Below, in pieces: positions 59,901-64,000 of a stretch of 64,000 bases of DNA. This stretch comes from Obrimoposthia wandeli (lineage: Eukaryota). Below the pieces are notes generated by a model that made no database searches, was not told where the DNA came from, and saw only the letters and a program-made list of their open reading frames with translations. The translations under genes and the position numbers were made by a program. Numbering within the stretch: position 1 is the first letter of the stretch; every line of letters starts with the position of its first letter. The stretch spans positions 124,001-188,000 of the forward strand of contig CDROCS010003752.1 in assembly GCA_977020255.1 (NCBI GenBank), read 5' to 3'.

Positions 59901-62900
59901 CCTCTCTTTCTTTGTCTTCAAACCATTCAAGAGCAAAACTTTTCGGAAATATTATTTCAGTTGGACTCATATTTGTTGCTTATATAGTAGTATTCATAGA
60001 GAATTCTACTTCTGGAAGAACGTCAGCCCAATTTTTGGAGCATTTATCTTTCATTGTTCAATTTAATGAATCTCTGATTGCCGAAATTGTCTTTCAACTT
60101 GTCCGTTACTTAAATGATGATATGGACTTGAAAATAATAATTAAATTTTAAATTTATTTGCTAGCTCTTTCATTAAATTAGATTCAAATGATGGGAACAA
60201 CTTACATTATGGCATTAGATTGTAATCTGAATTTCTTTGGTACGTTCTCCTATTTCCATATTATTTTTGCTAAAACCGAATTTGACAGTTGTCTTCTTTC
60301 ATTGCATGATTCTGGTGTCTGTAATCATGTTGTTGTTTCATACAACGCTGTTGATAAGGTGCTCTCGCAAACCAATGCTGATGTGGACTTCTTTCTGCTG
60401 CGTTTGCATAACTCCTTATTTATCAAATATAATGTTTTGTTTGTTTGATATATTTGATATATGTTGCTTTATGGTAATAAGGTTCCAGTTCCAGAATAAA
60501 TAAACTGATAAAAATGTACACAAAATTGTTTCTGACGTGACATTTTTAAAATGGAAAATACTTAATTTTTTGTAACTTTATAAACTTCAGTTTTCAGCGT
60601 TTTAAACGGTACATATAATGAGCGTAAATTTCAAATATTTTTCTCTCCAAAAATAAATTTTGGATCATAACTGCGGTCACAAAGCAGTATTAGCGATGTT
60701 TATGGAAAAAACTTTGTTAAGAAAAAATCATATACAATCTATCATTTAAAAAATTTATCACTTATAGTGAAATTATTAGAATATGAATTTACAACATTTC
60801 AAGAAATACGAAGGTCGAGAAATATGTGAAAAAATAAAGTTTCTGGTAGTCCATTAAGGCCTTCTCAAAGCAAAATGATTAACAAAAGTGAATCAGTTGA
60901 CTTATAATAAAACTGGAATATCTCAACGAAAGCTTGGTAAGAAATTTAAATGTTCCAAATCAACTATCAATTCAACTATAAAACTGTCCTGCAGAAAATG
61001 TTGAGCAATTATTAACGGAAAAATTGAATTCTTTTGAAATATCTTTATAATACGATATAATATGAGCAATGAGGTATGATGCTGCTGTTATGTAGAAATT
61101 TGGAAGATTGTCTTCAACAATCCTACAACTCTGCTATAATCATAGGTTACAAATCGGCCGTTTTAAAAGTTTCTTATCTTGCAAAGCAGCATACTGATAG
61201 TGATTTTAATAATGAAGAGTCGGAATCTAATAATGAATGGGAGATACAATTTTCAAAAAAAAATAATGTCACTTGCAATCAGATGCTGACATTGTTGAGG
61301 GCATCAATGTGTCTTAACAACCTCATATTGAAGAAACAATAGATTCATTAGAAAAATAACACAAAAAAACTCGGAAATTTGCCTGTCAAAAATTCCATAT
61401 TACAAAATATGTACTTGAGAAAGAAAAACGGGATTCTATGGCACTCAAAGATTGTAGAACCGGTGGATTGCCTTGGAGGCGATGGTGGAAAGATTTCTAA
61501 GGATTTGTGGACCAAAGCATTATTCAATTTAAATTTGTGGAATGATAACTACTTTGAGATTGCAAAAACTTTGATTAGCAACATGAAACCACTCAGAATT
61601 ACCATCACAAATCTAGCAGAAAAAACGACATTGTTAACTGCTGAACGAGAGTTTAACATTTTAATTAATTTTTTTGAAGAATTAAACTCGGATTTTGAGT
61701 CGTCAGCTCTCAAATGCAGTTAAAGAAGAAATATCTTAATGTAGCGATAGATTTTAATATCTATCATTTGACTGCTCCACAATCCTAAGAGCATTGCCTA
61801 AAAAAATCGAAGTAAAATTGGCTAAAAATGTTTTATATAGCATTTTCGGAACAAACTACTGTTATAATGAAAATAATTTACAAAACTAACAGAGGGGAAA
61901 GGGAATGCTTTAAAAATTTATAGGAGAAGAAGAATCACTGAAACAACAAATAAATTTGTTAGTATTTGAAAGCATAAAAGTATCTAAATTTCCTACTGAA
62001 TATGCTCATCAATATCAAACTTTGATAGAAGAATGTAAATATTTGAAGCTAATGAGAGAGGAACTCTAATTATACAACATTTATATACTCCCTCCCTTAA
62101 CTATGTAACTAAGTTCAACGCAAATTGAATGAGATTTTTCTATTGTTAACGATTTTTTTACTAAGAAACGAACAAGAATATTATGCTCATAGTAAACGCT
62201 CTTTGTTTTCTTAAAAAATCATTTAGGTAAAAATAAATTTTGCTTGAAAACCTTTTTAAATTGATATTTTTGACAAAAGAGTAGTTTATTTTTATTTATT
62301 AGATTGAGATTTTTTTGATATTTTTTAATAAAAAAGAGTGAATTATAGTTTACATTATAGTGCATTATGATTTTATTTTGATAATTATTTTTCAAGAGAT
62401 TTCTCAAGAAATCGAAGATGTTTCTGCTCTTCTTGAGAAAGGAAAAAAAGTGTGAAATTAGGAACGCTCTCTTTGGTCAAAAATAAACAATGAATACTGA
62501 ATTCTATCGTTCAAATTGTTTTCCCAAATTATTGGAATTTATTGAAAAACACCTCCTCAATTATATTTCAAAAGACAATTCACCAAACTGTCTAGATGTA
62601 CGACGAAATGAAAACATCTGTGGGATTCTTAAACAAGATGTTTATAATAAAAATTTGGGCGATGAGAATAAACTGCAGTTAGTAAGACGCATCAGATATT
62701 GTAGAGGTAAAATCCCTCCCAGTACTTACCAAAACCTGATTCAAAACTTCAAAACTAATATTAGAAAAACAACATATTAATTACCCTAGAATTTTAAATG
62801 ATTGTGACGAAATTTTAAAATATATGTAGCTATTGAAGGAATTAAAAAATTAATTTGTAAAGTTTATATTTCATTTTGAATATTTATTTTGTGCACGTTT

Positions 62901-63761
62901 TTAGATAAAAATTATGTAGAATGAATGAATACTACAACTGTCACTATCTATGTAAATTTAGAACTTCTAGAAATATACCAGATTGGTAATGAGTGCAAAA
63001 ATGCTATCAGATAGACATATTTAAATGCTGGATTAAATTTCAGTTTCATGCAGTGTTTTTTTAATTATAGGAAGACACAATTTAAGGTGTAAGTAAATGT
63101 AAATTATGATAATGTTAATGATAAAACTATATTTTTCAAGGAGATTGAAATATTTGAAAAGAGCATATATTTGACGTTGACGCCTAGCGGGTGAAAATCA
63201 TGATCATAAGCGATACGAAGTAATGTCCGATTGAAGATTTTCTGTCTTAATAATTTCTTAGTTAGTATTTAAAAAAGCTATTTTGGAGAAACATAAGTAA
63301 AATAAAAGATCTGTACAAAATTACGCCAACACATGCTAAATATTTGGAAATTTTTAAATCACTATGTTCCCAACTACTGGAGATTGGCTAGTGCTAAAGT
63401 GGAAGTAAACATGCCAATTCTGGGTAAATCGTCCCCATTTTGCAGGAGCGAGGACGAGACCCAGTTCTATACCGAGCTGACAGCTGCAGTCTGCACCGAG
63501 CTCGATGTGGAGTCGCTCGTAGAGACGCTGGTGCAGTGTCTGACGGTGATGACCGAATGTCAAACAGTGCCGTACTTCGTGGCTGGTGAACTACACACGG
63601 ATATTGAGCCACTGCGAGTGCTGTGCTGCCGCCTAAACCGAGGTGTTACCGACCGGCTTGTCACAGTCGCTGAGGTGAGACACTCGTTCGGTGCTGTTCC
63701 CGGTTGGTGTTGTTGCTCAGGCCGAGGATCGAACCCGGCTCCTTCTGAAGCAGTTACATAG
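53930..63761 (+). CDS. Unidentified host gene, putative exons 53930-54194, 58159-58342, 63446-63674, 63721-63761 (continues beyond)
   Basis: GC-rich islands with AG/GT boundaries whose phases (1, 2, 0) chain into one open frame; product not recognised. Confidence 0.55.
54700..55150 (+). mobile_element. Degenerate Tc1/Tc3-like transposase fragment
   Basis: RPNLSDNQK.CR and IIFS.E.RF....D.FRYY-like sequence (FSDEK.F.LDGPDG motif). Confidence 0.55.
55346..56995 (+). mobile_element. Internally deleted Tigger/pogo element
   Basis: TIRs CAGTAGAATTGCTCTATAAGGAA at both ends, TA TSD; DDE fragment FVLDNCPAH...FLPKNTTANLQPMDAGII (56004-56357). Confidence 0.93.
59479..60500 (-). mobile_element. Second copy of the Gypsy family: LTR 59639-59479, PPT, integrase 3' region
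   Basis: Reverse-complement homology to 19360-20016; LTR TGTAATAG...CTAACA. Confidence 0.9.
60860..62800 (+). mobile_element. Tc1-like transposase pieces (HTH near 60900; C-terminus 62490-62780) flanking a hAT-like remnant (about 61100-62210)
   Basis: GISQRKLGKKFKCSKSTI; SPNCLD...ENICGILKQDVY; degenerate PP.S...ER.FS...F.TK.R hAT dimerisation motif near 62090-62180. Confidence 0.5.
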
Positions 63762-64000
63762 GTCAGTCATGGACCAGATATCAGATTCCAACCTCTCAGT
63801 CCTCGCTGATATGCACATGTGGCTTCAACCATTATACTTGAGGCTTTTCCATTTGAGATAGCTCTTCAGCTCCAGCGAGTGCTTATATTACGAGACAACG
63901 GAATCTAATGGCCACGCTTTTTCACCAACTGATATCAGGCTTATCATTATTCCTTTCCGTAAATGACCCTAGTCAAGTCATTTCGAGTGGTCGTCTTTCA

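Noticed and set aside
1-64000. Prokaryotic or phage interpretation; tRNA/rRNA genes
   Set aside because: Spliceosomal introns, eukaryotic TEs and an F-box gene show a metazoan genome; I saw no convincing cloverleaf or rRNA sequence.

Overview
AT-rich invertebrate (metazoan) genomic DNA with GC-richer exons, 42-46 nt introns and multi-kb introns full of transposons. The main feature is a complete 16.1-kb Maverick/Polinton (adintovirus-like) provirus at 3235-19349. It has long TIRs starting AGTAGG and a perfect 6-bp TSD (CATATC). It splits the integrase of a Gypsy element, and both lie in the 20-kb last intron of an intact host F-box/LRR gene (FipoQ-like, minus strand, exons from about 31012 down to 987). 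The provirus carries the core set: protein-primed PolB, exonuclease-like ORF, adenain protease, major and minor capsid, cupiennin-like and pX-like core proteins, integrase and packaging ATPase. It also has an accessory block: a spliced TBP-like gene, a catalytically dead dual-specificity phosphatase, an IAP (BIR-UBA-RING), and small orphan ORFs. Four GT-AG introns can be inferred inside it, and its TIRs are packed with AGGTCA nuclear-receptor-type half-sites. Two related Maverick remnants (1-462; about 51950-53463) and a 321-bp non-autonomous mini-Maverick with its own 6-bp TSD (49922-50242) are also present. The rest is decayed Gypsy, BEL/Pao, hAT, pogo/Tigger, MULE, Tc1 and Penelope sequence plus exons of an unidentified plus-strand host gene. 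All calls come from reading the sequence and motif recall; no database searches were run.
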